DNA of 64,000 nucleotides, taken from positions 10,550 through 74,549 of the forward strand of contig JBBIIY010000001.1 of the NCBI GenBank assembly GCA_037446255.1, written 5' to 3'. Positions 50,673-60,202 of the stretch are shown piece by piece (the stretch's first letter is position 1; every line of letters starts with the position of its first letter). The translations under genes and the position numbers were made by a program. Source of the DNA: Coprothermobacterota bacterium (GTDB lineage: Bacteria; Coprothermobacterota; HKB111). The notes under the pieces are model-generated. The model was not told the origin of the DNA. It did not search any database and saw only the letters and a list, made by a program, of their open reading frames with translations.

Positions 50673-52432
50673 ACTCTGCCTCCGATTAAACCAGCAATCA
50701 GTTCATGAACCTTAACTGCCAGATTTTCTAATTTATCAAGCTCTGTTTCTTTGACTTCTTTCATACGAGAAATACTTTCTTTCAAGGGTAATTCTAAAAT
50801 TGATTCAATTTCTACTTCTTTATGTACAGCCATACGAGCAGTTTCTTCAAAGGTGGAAATTACTTTCAGCATGAGATACTGTTTACTGAGTGAAGTATAA
50901 GTATCTATCTCGTGATAAGAGTTTTGTTGCAGGAAGTCTTCCCTGATTGAACGGGCAACCTCCAGAGTTAATCTATCATTTGGCGAAAGAGCGTCCATGC
51001 CAACCAAACGAACAATTTCTTGAAGTTCAGCCTCTTCTTCTAATACTTTCAGTGTCCACTTTCTTAAATTATTAAAATTTTTGAGTTCTCCTTTTTCAAA
51101 ATATTTCTCAAATTCGTGGGAATATAAAGAATAACTTATAAGCCAGTTGATAGAAGGAAAATGACGGGCAAAAGCTAACCGGGCATCCAACCCCCAAAAT
51201 ACCCTGACTTCTCTTAAGGTTGCCTGAACCACAGGATCTGAAAGGTCGCCACCTGGAGGTGAGACAGCGCCAATGACACTCAAAGAAGCAGTTCTTCCAG
51301 GATTACCCACAGTTTTAACTTTGCCTGCTCTTTCGTAAAAAGAAGCTATTCTTGAACCAAGATAAGCAGGGTAACCTTCTTCTCCAGGCATTTCTTCAAG
51401 GCGTCCTGATACTTCTCGCATGGCTTCAGCCCAGCGTGAAGTAGAATCAGCCATCATAGCGACATTATAGCCCATATCACGAAAATACTCAGCAATGGCT
51501 ATACCGGTAAAAACCGAAGCTTCTCTGGCAGCCACAGGCATATTGGAAGTGTTAGCTATAAGTACGGTTCTTTCCATAAGGGGTCTGCCAGAGCGAGGGT
51601 CTTTTAACTCAGGAAAATCAATCAAAACCTCAGTCATTTCATTACCTCTTTCCCCACAACCGACATATATTATGATGTCAGCATCAGACCAACGGGCTAA
51701 TTGATGCTGCATAACTGTTTTACCACTGCCAAATGGTCCTGGTATGCAGGCTGTACCTCCCTTAAAAATAGGAAACATAGCGTCAAATACTCTTTGACCG
51801 GTTATCAGAGGTTCATCTGGTTGGAGTTTATCGGCAAAAGGTCTTCCTATACGAACAGGAAATTTTTGCATCATGGAAATCTGATGCTCCCTTCCCTCGC
51901 TATCTTTTAGAGTTGCAATTATCTCATTAATTGTGAATTCTCCTTCTTTAATCTCCAGTAGTATTCCTGAAAGACCAGGAGGAACCATTATGTAATGTTT
52001 TACTAAAAGCGTTTCCTGTACAAAACCCAGGAAATCTCCTGAAGCGAGTTGGTCTCCCTGTTTAGCTATTGCCTGGAAAAGCCACTTTTTATTTATATCC
52101 AGAGCTGAGACGGATATACCACGGGAAATAAAATCACCCTGCATATCCTTGAGAGTCTTCAATGGCCTTTGAATCCCATCGTAAATTCCTCCCATAATAC
52201 CAGGACCAAGCTCCACACTTAAAGGATTTCCAGTAGAAATAACCTCTTCACCAACTTTCAATCCTTCGGTTTCTTCATAAACCTGGATTGATGCTAAATC
52301 ACCTTTGGTTTCAATAACTTCACCAAAAAGTTCTTTTTCTCCCACTCTAACTATTTCAAACATCTGTACACCAGACATATTGTTTGCAATAACCAGGGGA
52401 CCTGAAACTTTTGCTACCTTACCCTTTATCAT
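50669..52432 (-). CDS. atpA: V/A-type ATP synthase subunit A (catalytic)
   Basis: P-loop GPFGSGKTV and a non-homologous insert region. Start set to MIKGKVAK at 52432, after AGGAGG and a 6-nt spacer. The ORF track extends 10 codons further upstream. Confidence 0.93.
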   Translation of the reverse strand: MIKGKVAKVSGPLVIANNMSGVQMFEIVRVGEKELFGEVIETKGDLASIQVYEETEGLKVGEEVISTGNPLSVELGPGIMGGIYDGIQRPLKTLKDMQGDFISRGISVSALDINKKWLFQAIAKQGDQLASGDFLGFVQETLLVKHYIMVPPGLSGILLEIKEGEFTINEIIATLKDSEGREHQISMMQKFPVRIGRPFADKLQPDEPLITGQRVFDAMFPIFKGGTACIPGPFGSGKTVMQHQLARWSDADIIIYVGCGERGNEMTEVLIDFPELKDPRSGRPLMERTVLIANTSNMPVAAREASVFTGIAIAEYFRDMGYNVAMMADSTSRWAEAMREVSGRLEEMPGEEGYPAYLGSRIASFYERAGKVKTVGNPGRTASLSVIGAVSPPGGDLSDPVVQATLREVRVFWGLDARLAFARHFPSINWLISYSLYSHEFEKYFEKGELKNFNNLRKWTLKVLEEEAELQEIVRLVGMDALSPNDRLTLEVARSIREDFLQQNSYHEIDTYTSLSKQYLMLKVISTFEETARMAVHKEVEIESILELPLKESISRMKEVKETELDKLENLAVKVHELIAGLIGGRV

Positions 52433-52757
52433 GATCCTCCTCCTTGAAAAGGTCAACTCCAACCAATCTTTCGACTAATTGCTTTAATTTATTTAAAGTA
52501 AAATCGCTGGAAGTAGTTCCGCCTATTAAAATTATGTATTTACCCCTTTCCTCATACTGGTTAAGTCGGTTATAAATTTTACTACCAAGGCTTTCTTCTA
52601 CAAAGAAAAGGTTATAGTCCTGCCTGGAATAGGTGTTGATAATTTCCTCAAGTTCTTCAGGTTCTTGGACAACTACACCTTCTAATCCCAGAGTTTTGTA
52701 AGTCATAATAAATTCTTCACTGCCTAAAATAATTAATTTTTCTTCACTCATATCCAC
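52419..52757 (-). CDS. atpF: V/A-type ATP synthase subunit F
   Basis: 112 aa. KLIILGSEEFIMTYKTLGLEGVVV and ILIGG are typical of subunit F. Confidence 0.8.
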   Translation of the reverse strand: MDMSEEKLIILGSEEFIMTYKTLGLEGVVVQEPEELEEIINTYSRQDYNLFFVEESLGSKIYNRLNQYEERGKYIILIGGTTSSDFTLNKLKQLVERLVGVDLFKEEDHDKG

Positions 52758-53739
52758 CTAACCCCAGCCCCTTGATTTTATCTGCTGATATTTCACCTGT
52801 TCTGCCAAGAAGTATAGTTTTAACTACATTAAGCTGGTTTTCCCATAGTTTTAAATATATAAAGACCGTCTCCATGTGCAAATCAACTTTGAATCTAAAA
52901 CTGTATATATATTCCCAAAGGTGCAAGCGAATAATTCTTTCTATTTCGGAAATCGTCAATAAATTATCTTTTATCTCCATTTTTATCATAGCTCTTTTAA
53001 GAGCACCCTGGATGGTTTCTTTTCCACTCCAGACATCTTTTAGGTAGTTTCGGTTCGTTCCTGAAGAAGCCAAGCCTGCATCTATGACTGACCAGGATAG
53101 TTCCCATTTTTTTGCTCTCAAGATGGTTAATAAGTCTTGAAAGTAACAGTATTTTTCATAATAAGAAGCGATTACTTTATAGTTAGAGTTTTTTGCCAGT
53201 TTTAGAGATAGTAATAAATATTCCCGGTCTAAAACCATTTCTGCGCGTTGAAGGTCATTAGTTTCCCGATAGGTTTCATAAGAATTGGTGAAAGCCACCT
53301 TTAATTCTTCTGGAGAGTTTTGGGTAAGGATACCATTTTTCAACATACCTATATCCAGATGATACAATTTTTCAGTATTTACATTAAAAATCAGTCTTTT
53401 TAACTCAACCTTGAGGTTATGAAAGTCATCAGGCAGGAAAAATAGATTGATAAGAAATTGTTCTGGTAGAATCCTACAAAGTAACTGGTATAAGGCTTTT
53501 CGACTTCCCAGGACAAACCTATTTATATTGGTAATAGATATGCTGTCTTCCAATAAAGGGAAGTAGTTTTTTAAAAAAGGAATAACCGAACCAAGGGGTT
53601 CATCAGCAATTTTTTTAAAATCCCTTGGTTTCAGCAACTTTGATTCTAAACCTTTGATTACACCTACGGGAAAAGAATAAAGACCGGTGTTAATAAATGG
53701 TTTATCCTGTAACTGCTGATTCGGTAAATAGTAGATCAT
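52744..53739 (-). CDS. atpC: V/A-type ATP synthase subunit C
   Basis: 331-aa helical protein between the E and F genes, in the Enterococcus ntp order. Confidence 0.7.
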   Translation of the reverse strand: MIYYLPNQQLQDKPFINTGLYSFPVGVIKGLESKLLKPRDFKKIADEPLGSVIPFLKNYFPLLEDSISITNINRFVLGSRKALYQLLCRILPEQFLINLFFLPDDFHNLKVELKRLIFNVNTEKLYHLDIGMLKNGILTQNSPEELKVAFTNSYETYRETNDLQRAEMVLDREYLLLSLKLAKNSNYKVIASYYEKYCYFQDLLTILRAKKWELSWSVIDAGLASSGTNRNYLKDVWSGKETIQGALKRAMIKMEIKDNLLTISEIERIIRLHLWEYIYSFRFKVDLHMETVFIYLKLWENQLNVVKTILLGRTGEISADKIKGLGLGGYE

Positions 53740-54259
53740 TTAATTCCCGCCTTTTTTCATTCCTGATTCTTCTCAAAAATTCCTCAAGTGTGAAGTTCAG
53801 CTCTATACGCCCTTTTAAAATAAATATACCTCCCATACCTTTTCTAACCACTGTGGATATTGGGAAATTTTTTAACACTTCTCTATCTTTGGTTTGAGTT
53901 AAAATTATCTCATCATGTGGCTGGCAATATTTTGTTGCAACAACCAATAACCATTTATTATATAAATCTTTGTTATTAACAAAATGATTAGCGAAATCCT
54001 CTAAAGACGAATTAGCAATATCCAGTTTTAACAGGTTCAGGTTACGATGAAATTCAAGCGTTAATCTTGATTTTTCCCGTATAATCTGGAGATTTTTGGA
54101 AGACTCCATTCTTTGAAAAGTGTTCTCTTTTTCCTTTTTTAACTTTTCTTTACTTTGTTCAAGGTGTTTTTGTGCTTGTAATTTAGCAGTAGCTAAAGAT
54201 TTTTCGCTATTATCTATAGCTTCCTGTAGTAGTTTTTTCTTTAAATCAGCTAAGGTCAT
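53702..54259 (-). CDS. atpE: V/A-type ATP synthase subunit E
   Basis: 185 aa with a Lys/Glu-rich N-terminal coiled-coil and a globular C-terminus. Position in operon. Confidence 0.7.
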   Translation of the reverse strand: MTLADLKKKLLQEAIDNSEKSLATAKLQAQKHLEQSKEKLKKEKENTFQRMESSKNLQIIREKSRLTLEFHRNLNLLKLDIANSSLEDFANHFVNNKDLYNKWLLVVATKYCQPHDEIILTQTKDREVLKNFPISTVVRKGMGGIFILKGRIELNFTLEEFLRRIRNEKRRELNDLLFTESAVTG

Positions 54260-54261
54260 AT

Positions 54262-54735
54262 TTATATCTGTACAGCAAAAAGTAATAATATAATACTTGT
54301 TAAGAGGGCAAGTACAGCATAGGTTTCCACTAAAGCAGGTATAATCAATGATCTACCGGCAGTGCTTTCTTCTTTTGCTACCATTAGAGCTGAAGAAGCC
54401 GCAGCTTCTCCTTGCCAGATAGCTGAAAAATATTGCCCTAGCATAATTGGAATTAAAGCTGCAAATACCTGTAATCCCTGAGAGATACTCATATCTGGTA
54501 CTGTGCCACCAAGGACACCTAATCTAACCAGAGTCAAAAAGGCTGCCACTAAGCCATAAAAACCCTGTGTTCCAGGAAGAGCTTGTAGAATTAGCATTAT
54601 TCCAAATAGATGGGGTTTTTCTGAAAGAGCACCTGCAGTTACTCTACCAGCTATACCTACACCAGTAGCTGAACCGCTGAACGCCATACCAGCAGCTAAT
54701 CCAATGCTGATTAATGCGATTGAAAGACCTAACAT
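54262..54735 (-). CDS. atpK: V/A-type ATP synthase proteolipid subunit K (c-ring)
   Basis: 157 aa with four hydrophobic helices, the size of a duplicated proteolipid. Confidence 0.85.
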   Translation of the reverse strand: MLGLSIALISIGLAAGMAFSGSATGVGIAGRVTAGALSEKPHLFGIMLILQALPGTQGFYGLVAAFLTLVRLGVLGGTVPDMSISQGLQVFAALIPIMLGQYFSAIWQGEAAASSALMVAKEESTAGRSLIIPALVETYAVLALLTSIILLLFAVQI

Positions 54736-54737
54736 TT

Positions 54738-56744
54738 CTAGTAAACCTCCTTAAAAATTTCTTTATTTTTTTTATTGACTTTTACATAATTAGTTCGTAA
54801 ATCTAAAGGATTAAAAGCAATTCCTCCACTTTCGTAAAATCTACCAAATAACTCTATAGCTTGCAAACGGAAAGCATGAATGAAGGCTCCCAATAAACCC
54901 ATAGCCAGATTAAAAAGATGAAATGCAATCCAGAGAAAAGGAACTATTAACCATCCTATACCCTTAGCAAGCATCTCCACGATGTTGTTAAGAACCATAG
55001 CCACGCCAGATGAGGTGAGGTTAAGGGCAATTAAACGAGTGTAAGATAAAACATCCTGAAGAAAAGAAGCTAACCCATAATAACCTACAAAACCATAGAG
55101 GCTGATAAGGCCAATGATGAATTTTCCTGCCCAGGTTTTTGAATCTCTCCCTTGAGTTAAAACCGTTAAAAGTATTGATATAAGCAAGGTGTAAGTTGAT
55201 ACCGATCTGAAGTAGGTCAATCCAGGAATTAATCTTGTCATAATAAGAAAGAGAAGAGACGAAAGTAGTAGTAACCAAGTACCCTGATCAAGAAAAGCCG
55301 ATTTAAAATCTCTTTTTCTAAAATTATGAAGAAACTTATTAATTATTCCCCAGTACTGGGTAATTATACCGATGATCATAACCATGATAATTGCTGTCAT
55401 TAATCCATCTGCATTCCAAGGGTTGATAACAGGAAATATTTTAAATATTTTTCCTTTTTCACCCAGAAAGGGAGATTTGCCAAACCAGTTCCATAAAAGA
55501 AGTCCTACAATGAAGGTTGCAGTACTCAAAATGTAAGCTAGTTTAATAAACTCTCGGGCATCTTTATTTAGTTTTATCCTTCTGGACATAATAAAAGCAA
55601 AGAGAAAAAGCAAAATTCCATACCCTGCGTCACCCATATTAATAGAGAAAAAGAGAGTGAAGGGAAAAGCTAATACAGGAGTTGGGTCAATTCCCCGGTA
55701 GTTAGGTAAGCCAAAGAAGCGCGTAATTATCTCATAAGGTTTAATAATTGGAGGGTTTTCCAGGATTACTGGAGGATTATCCTCTGTAGTTGGGTTGCTT
55801 GATTCCAAATAACCATAGGGAAAATGGGTATTGAATTCATGTTGAAGTTTCTTCAGATCTTGCGCTTTAATCCAACCTTCAAATAGCAAGCAGCTTTTCG
55901 TTCCTCCCATTTTTTCCAGGTTTTCAATTCTATATATCTGATTGGTTAAATAATCATGGTAAATTTGAAGATTACTTAAATAACTTCTAAAACCATCTTT
56001 TTCCTTTTCCAATTCAGCCAGCCTACAACGAATCTTATCCTGTTCAGTTAAAAGGGTTGAATATATTTCACTGAAACTGAGATTAGAAATATTTACAGAA
56101 AAATCAGGGATATATTCCTTAAATCCGTGTTCAGATAATATTGGCAGTATCTGTTTAGAATATTCTTTATAGTAAGCTATTTCAATTATTATGGTGTCGG
56201 AAGTTTCCTGTAGGGGATTAAGAGCAAAAATAGACCAATAATCACTCTTATTCATAGTATTTGAAAGATTAGCATAATCATTGTGCGAAACAAAACCAAG
56301 TTTAAAAGAGAAATTCCCGGAATCCCGAAGGTCATCAGGAGTCAAAGATAAATTATTAAAGGGTTTAACATTAATCAGCTCTTTAATAATCCTATCTTTT
56401 TCTTTTTTTAAATTATCTTCTTCTGTTTTTAAATCTTTATAATGGAGATAAATTAGTTCAAATTTCAGCGTGGTTTCTATTGAGACGAAATCAATTTCAT
56501 CAATAGAAGGCTTTTCTATCAAACCACTCATCATCCCGCTGTTTTTTTCAGTTTGATAGTAAGATAACACTTCTTCAACCTGTCTCAGGGTAATAGAGGG
56601 GTTGCTTTCTATTTTTAGAGTAGATTGTTCTGCAGGAAAGGTTATTAATTCAATTAGTCCAGCATTTCCCAGGTATTCCAGAAGATCAGGGTGGTCTATT
56701 TTTAAGACTCCTCCCCTTATCTTTAACATTTTAGCGATTGCCAA
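54738..56744 (-). CDS. atpI: V/A-type ATP synthase subunit I (a-subunit)
   Basis: 668 aa with an N-terminal soluble coiled-coil region and a C-terminal polytopic membrane domain. Confidence 0.85.
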   Translation of the reverse strand: MAIAKMLKIRGGVLKIDHPDLLEYLGNAGLIELITFPAEQSTLKIESNPSITLRQVEEVLSYYQTEKNSGMMSGLIEKPSIDEIDFVSIETTLKFELIYLHYKDLKTEEDNLKKEKDRIIKELINVKPFNNLSLTPDDLRDSGNFSFKLGFVSHNDYANLSNTMNKSDYWSIFALNPLQETSDTIIIEIAYYKEYSKQILPILSEHGFKEYIPDFSVNISNLSFSEIYSTLLTEQDKIRCRLAELEKEKDGFRSYLSNLQIYHDYLTNQIYRIENLEKMGGTKSCLLFEGWIKAQDLKKLQHEFNTHFPYGYLESSNPTTEDNPPVILENPPIIKPYEIITRFFGLPNYRGIDPTPVLAFPFTLFFSINMGDAGYGILLFLFAFIMSRRIKLNKDAREFIKLAYILSTATFIVGLLLWNWFGKSPFLGEKGKIFKIFPVINPWNADGLMTAIIMVMIIGIITQYWGIINKFLHNFRKRDFKSAFLDQGTWLLLLSSLLFLIMTRLIPGLTYFRSVSTYTLLISILLTVLTQGRDSKTWAGKFIIGLISLYGFVGYYGLASFLQDVLSYTRLIALNLTSSGVAMVLNNIVEMLAKGIGWLIVPFLWIAFHLFNLAMGLLGAFIHAFRLQAIELFGRFYESGGIAFNPLDLRTNYVKVNKKNKEIFKEVY

Positions 56745-57063
56745 TTTCCACCTGCGTAAAAATTAAATTGCTAAGATAATTATTAATTTTTTCCTGTTTG
56801 AGAGTTTTCTGTTTTCTCAATTCAGAAAATAAATGTTTTTCCTTTTCCTTCAATTCTGAAGAATATAAATTCAATTCTTCTCTGATTGATTGCTCATTAT
56901 GAAGAGTCAGGGATTCAATTTCCTTGCGGTCTTGCTCTTTAAGAAGGTTAATCTCGTTCTCTACAACTAAAAAGATTTCTTTTATGGTTTGCTTCCCCTC
57001 TTCCTCAATTTTAACAGCCTCGTCCTCTGCTAATCTAAGTTCTTTAATCAGTTCTTCTACCAT
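56731..57063 (-). CDS. V/A-type ATP synthase peripheral stalk subunit G/H
   Basis: 110-aa all-coiled-coil protein as the first gene of the operon (NtpF position in E. hirae). A ggaggt ribosome-binding site lies 7 nt upstream. Confidence 0.6.
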   Translation of the reverse strand: MVEELIKELRLAEDEAVKIEEEGKQTIKEIFLVVENEINLLKEQDRKEIESLTLHNEQSIREELNLYSSELKEKEKHLFSELRKQKTLKQEKINNYLSNLIFTQVEIGNR

Positions 57064-57090
57064 TAACTAACCTCCAGAAATATGGCATAA

Positions 57091-57165
57091 TGGTGGAGAT
57101 GACCGGATTCGAACCGGCAACCTCCTGTGTGCAAGACAGGCGCTCTCCCACTGAGCTACATCCCC
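57091..57165 (-). tRNA. tRNA-Ala (anticodon TGC)
   Basis: Reverse complement: ggggatgtagctcag... with a G3:U70 pair. Anticodon stem cctgt/acagg with loop ctTGCac. T-arm ccggttcgaatccgg. CCA end. Confidence 0.9.
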
Positions 57166-57174
57166 ACAAAAAAG

Positions 57175-57251
57175 TGGTGGGCCCTTCTGGACTCGAACCA
57201 GAGACCTCATCCTTATCAGGGATGCGCTCTAACCAGCTGAGCTAAGGGCCC
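57175..57251 (-). tRNA. tRNA-Ile (anticodon GAT)
   Basis: Reverse complement: gggcccttagctcagctggttagagcgc... Anticodon stem catcc/ggatg with loop ctGATaa. T-arm tctggttcgagtccaga. CCA end. Confidence 0.9.
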
Positions 57252-57300
57252 AGAATTATCTCTATAATATATCATAAAAAAGGCGTAAAATATTAGAATT

Positions 57301-57882
57301 ATGATTAAATTAAAGAAGAATAGAAATATGCTTAAGGCTAATTTAATAATAAAAGTAGTGCTTATTACCGTAATTTGTATTTCAATTTTGTTACTTTACC
57401 TGGTTGAGTACCTGGCAACCTGGCCCCTACCTCGTAACCTTTACCATACGGAGATAAGTATTGAAGCTTATCTCTCAATACTCTATAAATTAAGAGTTTT
57501 TCAAGATGATTTACGAGATAAGAATACTGCTGCACTAAATTTAACTCAGGATGAGATAAGGGCCTATATATCTCAAGATAAAGAGTTCGCCCGTGAATAT
57601 TCCTTAGACTCTTTTTATATTAAAGATGATAACATTGAGGTAATTGTCAGCAATAAAATTAAAGGGCAAATTTATGAATTATGGTTTTCTTTCCGCTTGG
57701 AAGCAAAAGAGGGTAAAATCATATTGTTAGTTTCACAGGCTAAAGCTGGTAGATTGTCTCTACCAGGTATGGTATCTCAATACATTGCTGATAAAATAGT
57801 AGAAGGCATTGAAACAAAAATATTATTTGATAAAGTTATTGTTAATGGGGGAAAAGTAAGTATAATTGCCAAAAAGGAATAG
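57301..57882 (+). CDS. Hypothetical membrane-anchored protein
   Basis: 193 aa with a single N-terminal TM helix (LIIKVVLITVICISILLLYLV). No motif recognised. Confidence 0.4.
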   Translation: MIKLKKNRNMLKANLIIKVVLITVICISILLLYLVEYLATWPLPRNLYHTEISIEAYLSILYKLRVFQDDLRDKNTAALNLTQDEIRAYISQDKEFAREYSLDSFYIKDDNIEVIVSNKIKGQIYELWFSFRLEAKEGKIILLVSQAKAGRLSLPGMVSQYIADKIVEGIETKILFDKVIVNGGKVSIIAKKE

Positions 57883-59923
57883 AAAGAAAAAAATTAAATT
57901 TAATATCTTGAAATTATTGCGCAATCTGATATTGCTTACTGCTGGGATTGTTTCGTTTGTTTTAGCTATCACCTACCTTCCTAAGTATTTTGATAAGATA
58001 TATTCTGGTTTGTTTAATACCCTTTCTTATTTAAGAGAATTTGCTATCAGTTTTCCAGGATTACTGAAAAGCTATATTCCATCTATGATTATCTGGGTAT
58101 TTGGAGAATGGCCCGGTGGAATCATGGTTGTATTATTATTCTCATTAATTATTCACTACCTTTATACTTCCAGAGTTTCAATAATTTACTTCTGGGTTTT
58201 ACTGTTATTTCTTTCTCTTCAAGGATTTAGTGGCTACTTCCATCCTCAGTATCAGATTTTTCGGGAACCATCACCGTGGGTAGGCTACTTGGGGGTTTAT
58301 CTATTTCAAACTTTAGCCATCCCCCTCGGAGAATGGCTTGCGTTAATTATATACTTATTATCTTCCTTGGTAATGATATTTTTGTTGTTGGTCTTCTTTA
58401 AAAAAAGACCCAAAACTATTGTAATACGGGAACCGATAGAACCAGTTTTTCCAGTAAAGCCAAAAATCAGGAAAGTTCACGACCTGCAGAACAGGATAAC
58501 AACGGGTGAATATATTATGCCTACTATCGACCTGTTGAAAACTCATCCTATTAAAATTGATACTATAAACAAGGAAAGATTAAGTTCAGTATTACAGGAT
58601 ACCATGCAAAGTTTTGGGATTGTAGGTTCTGTGGAGAAAGTAATTTCTGGTCCTACGATTTTGCATGTTGAAGTAAAATTGGAAAAAGGAACACGCGTGA
58701 AAGAAATAAAATCTATCTCAGACGAATTATCTATGGCCCTGGGGGTATCTCGTATAAGGATTGATGCCCCTCTTCCAGGTAAACCTGATATGCTGGCGAT
58801 TGAAGTCCCCCGTGAAAGAAGAAGCCTGGTTACAGTGAAAGAGGTATTACAGAGTAGTGATTTCCAGAACAGTTCATTACAGATTCCCCTGGTTCTGGGT
58901 AGAGAAGTTACCGGGCAGATAATAATAGATGATCTTCGGAATGCCCCCCATCTACTTATTGGTGGTGCTACAGGTACAGGTAAAACTATCTGTTTGCATA
59001 GTATTATTACAGGAATACTTTACCGATTCTCCCCTGCAAAAATGAAACTGGTTCTTATTGACCCCAAAAGGGTTGAGTTTAGTATTTACTCTGAGCTACC
59101 TCATTTACTTACACCGGTAGTTACTGAGATTGGAACAGCTATTAAAATTTTGAAATTAATGACCCGGGAAATGGATAATAGATTTCGTCTACTTGGAGAA
59201 AAAAGGGTAAGAGATATTACAGGTTATAATAAAGTTTGTTCACCAGAAGAAAAAATGCCCTTCATTGTAATAGTGGTTGATGAACTGGCTGACCTTATGA
59301 TGCAGATGCCCAGGGAAGCAGAAAAATATATTGTTAGGTTAGCTCAAAAGGCACGGGCTACGGGTATTCATCTGGTAATAGCCACCCAGAGGCCCTCAGC
59401 GGAAGTGGTAACTGGTTTAATTAAGACTAATTTTCCCAACCGAATTGCCCTGGCGGTTCCCTCTCAAATAGATTCACGGGTGATTATTGACCGACCAGGT
59501 GCTGAAAAATTATTAGGTAAAGGAGATTTGCTTTATCTTACTCAGGATGGTATCCGCCCCAGAAGGATTCAAGGCGCTTATATGGATGAAGAAGAAGTGG
59601 CTGCAGTAGTTAATAACTGGAGCAAACAGGTTAAAGAGCCACCAGAATACCTGATACCTGAAGATGATGATTTACTTGAAGAAAGCAACCGTAATGAATT
59701 TGACGAAGAAGACCCTCTTCTGGAAGAAATTACCGGGTTTGTGTTAACCCTTGACTCTATTTCTGTTTCACTTCTGCAGAGAAGATTTAGATTAGGTTAT
59801 GGAAGAGCAGCCAGGATAGTAGATGAACTTGAAGCCCGGGGTTTAGTGGGTCCCCTGGAGGGTAATAAAAAAAGAAAGGTACTTGTGGGAAAGCGAAAGG
59901 AAGGTCACCCCTTCCGTCTGTAA
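57866..59923 (+). CDS. ftsK: DNA translocase FtsK/SpoIIIE
   Basis: N-terminal TM domain, motor domain with Walker A GGATGTGKTICL and Walker B VVDELADL, and a C-terminal gamma (winged-helix) domain. 685 aa. Confidence 0.9.
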   Translation: MPKRNRKKKIKFNILKLLRNLILLTAGIVSFVLAITYLPKYFDKIYSGLFNTLSYLREFAISFPGLLKSYIPSMIIWVFGEWPGGIMVVLLFSLIIHYLYTSRVSIIYFWVLLLFLSLQGFSGYFHPQYQIFREPSPWVGYLGVYLFQTLAIPLGEWLALIIYLLSSLVMIFLLLVFFKKRPKTIVIREPIEPVFPVKPKIRKVHDLQNRITTGEYIMPTIDLLKTHPIKIDTINKERLSSVLQDTMQSFGIVGSVEKVISGPTILHVEVKLEKGTRVKEIKSISDELSMALGVSRIRIDAPLPGKPDMLAIEVPRERRSLVTVKEVLQSSDFQNSSLQIPLVLGREVTGQIIIDDLRNAPHLLIGGATGTGKTICLHSIITGILYRFSPAKMKLVLIDPKRVEFSIYSELPHLLTPVVTEIGTAIKILKLMTREMDNRFRLLGEKRVRDITGYNKVCSPEEKMPFIVIVVDELADLMMQMPREAEKYIVRLAQKARATGIHLVIATQRPSAEVVTGLIKTNFPNRIALAVPSQIDSRVIIDRPGAEKLLGKGDLLYLTQDGIRPRRIQGAYMDEEEVAAVVNNWSKQVKEPPEYLIPEDDDLLEESNRNEFDEEDPLLEEITGFVLTLDSISVSLLQRRFRLGYGRAARIVDELEARGLVGPLEGNKKRKVLVGKRKEGHPFRL

Positions 59924-60202
59924 TTTTCTTTGAATTTAATTAAAATATTGATAAATACTAAGACACTCCGTTATTAATTTCTCACCCTCAATACTTGGAG
60001 AGGTGAAACCCCTGATAATCTTATCTTCTTATGTCCTGATAATTTAATAATTAATTTTTGATGACTATTCTTAACTGAGTTATTAATATTCATCTGCAAT
60101 TAATTCTTTGTTACTGCCATAAATATTATAATAATTGACAATATTATTTATATAAACTAATATTATGGATAACGAATTATATTTACGAGGTTAAAGATTA
60201 AT

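Noticed and set aside
52433-52462. Ten extra N-terminal codons (MELTFSRRRI) on the V-ATPase A subunit
   Set aside because: The internal ATG at 52432 is preceded by AGGAGG plus a 6-nt spacer and gives the conserved MIKGKV...SGPLV start. The extension would deepen the overlap with subunit F.
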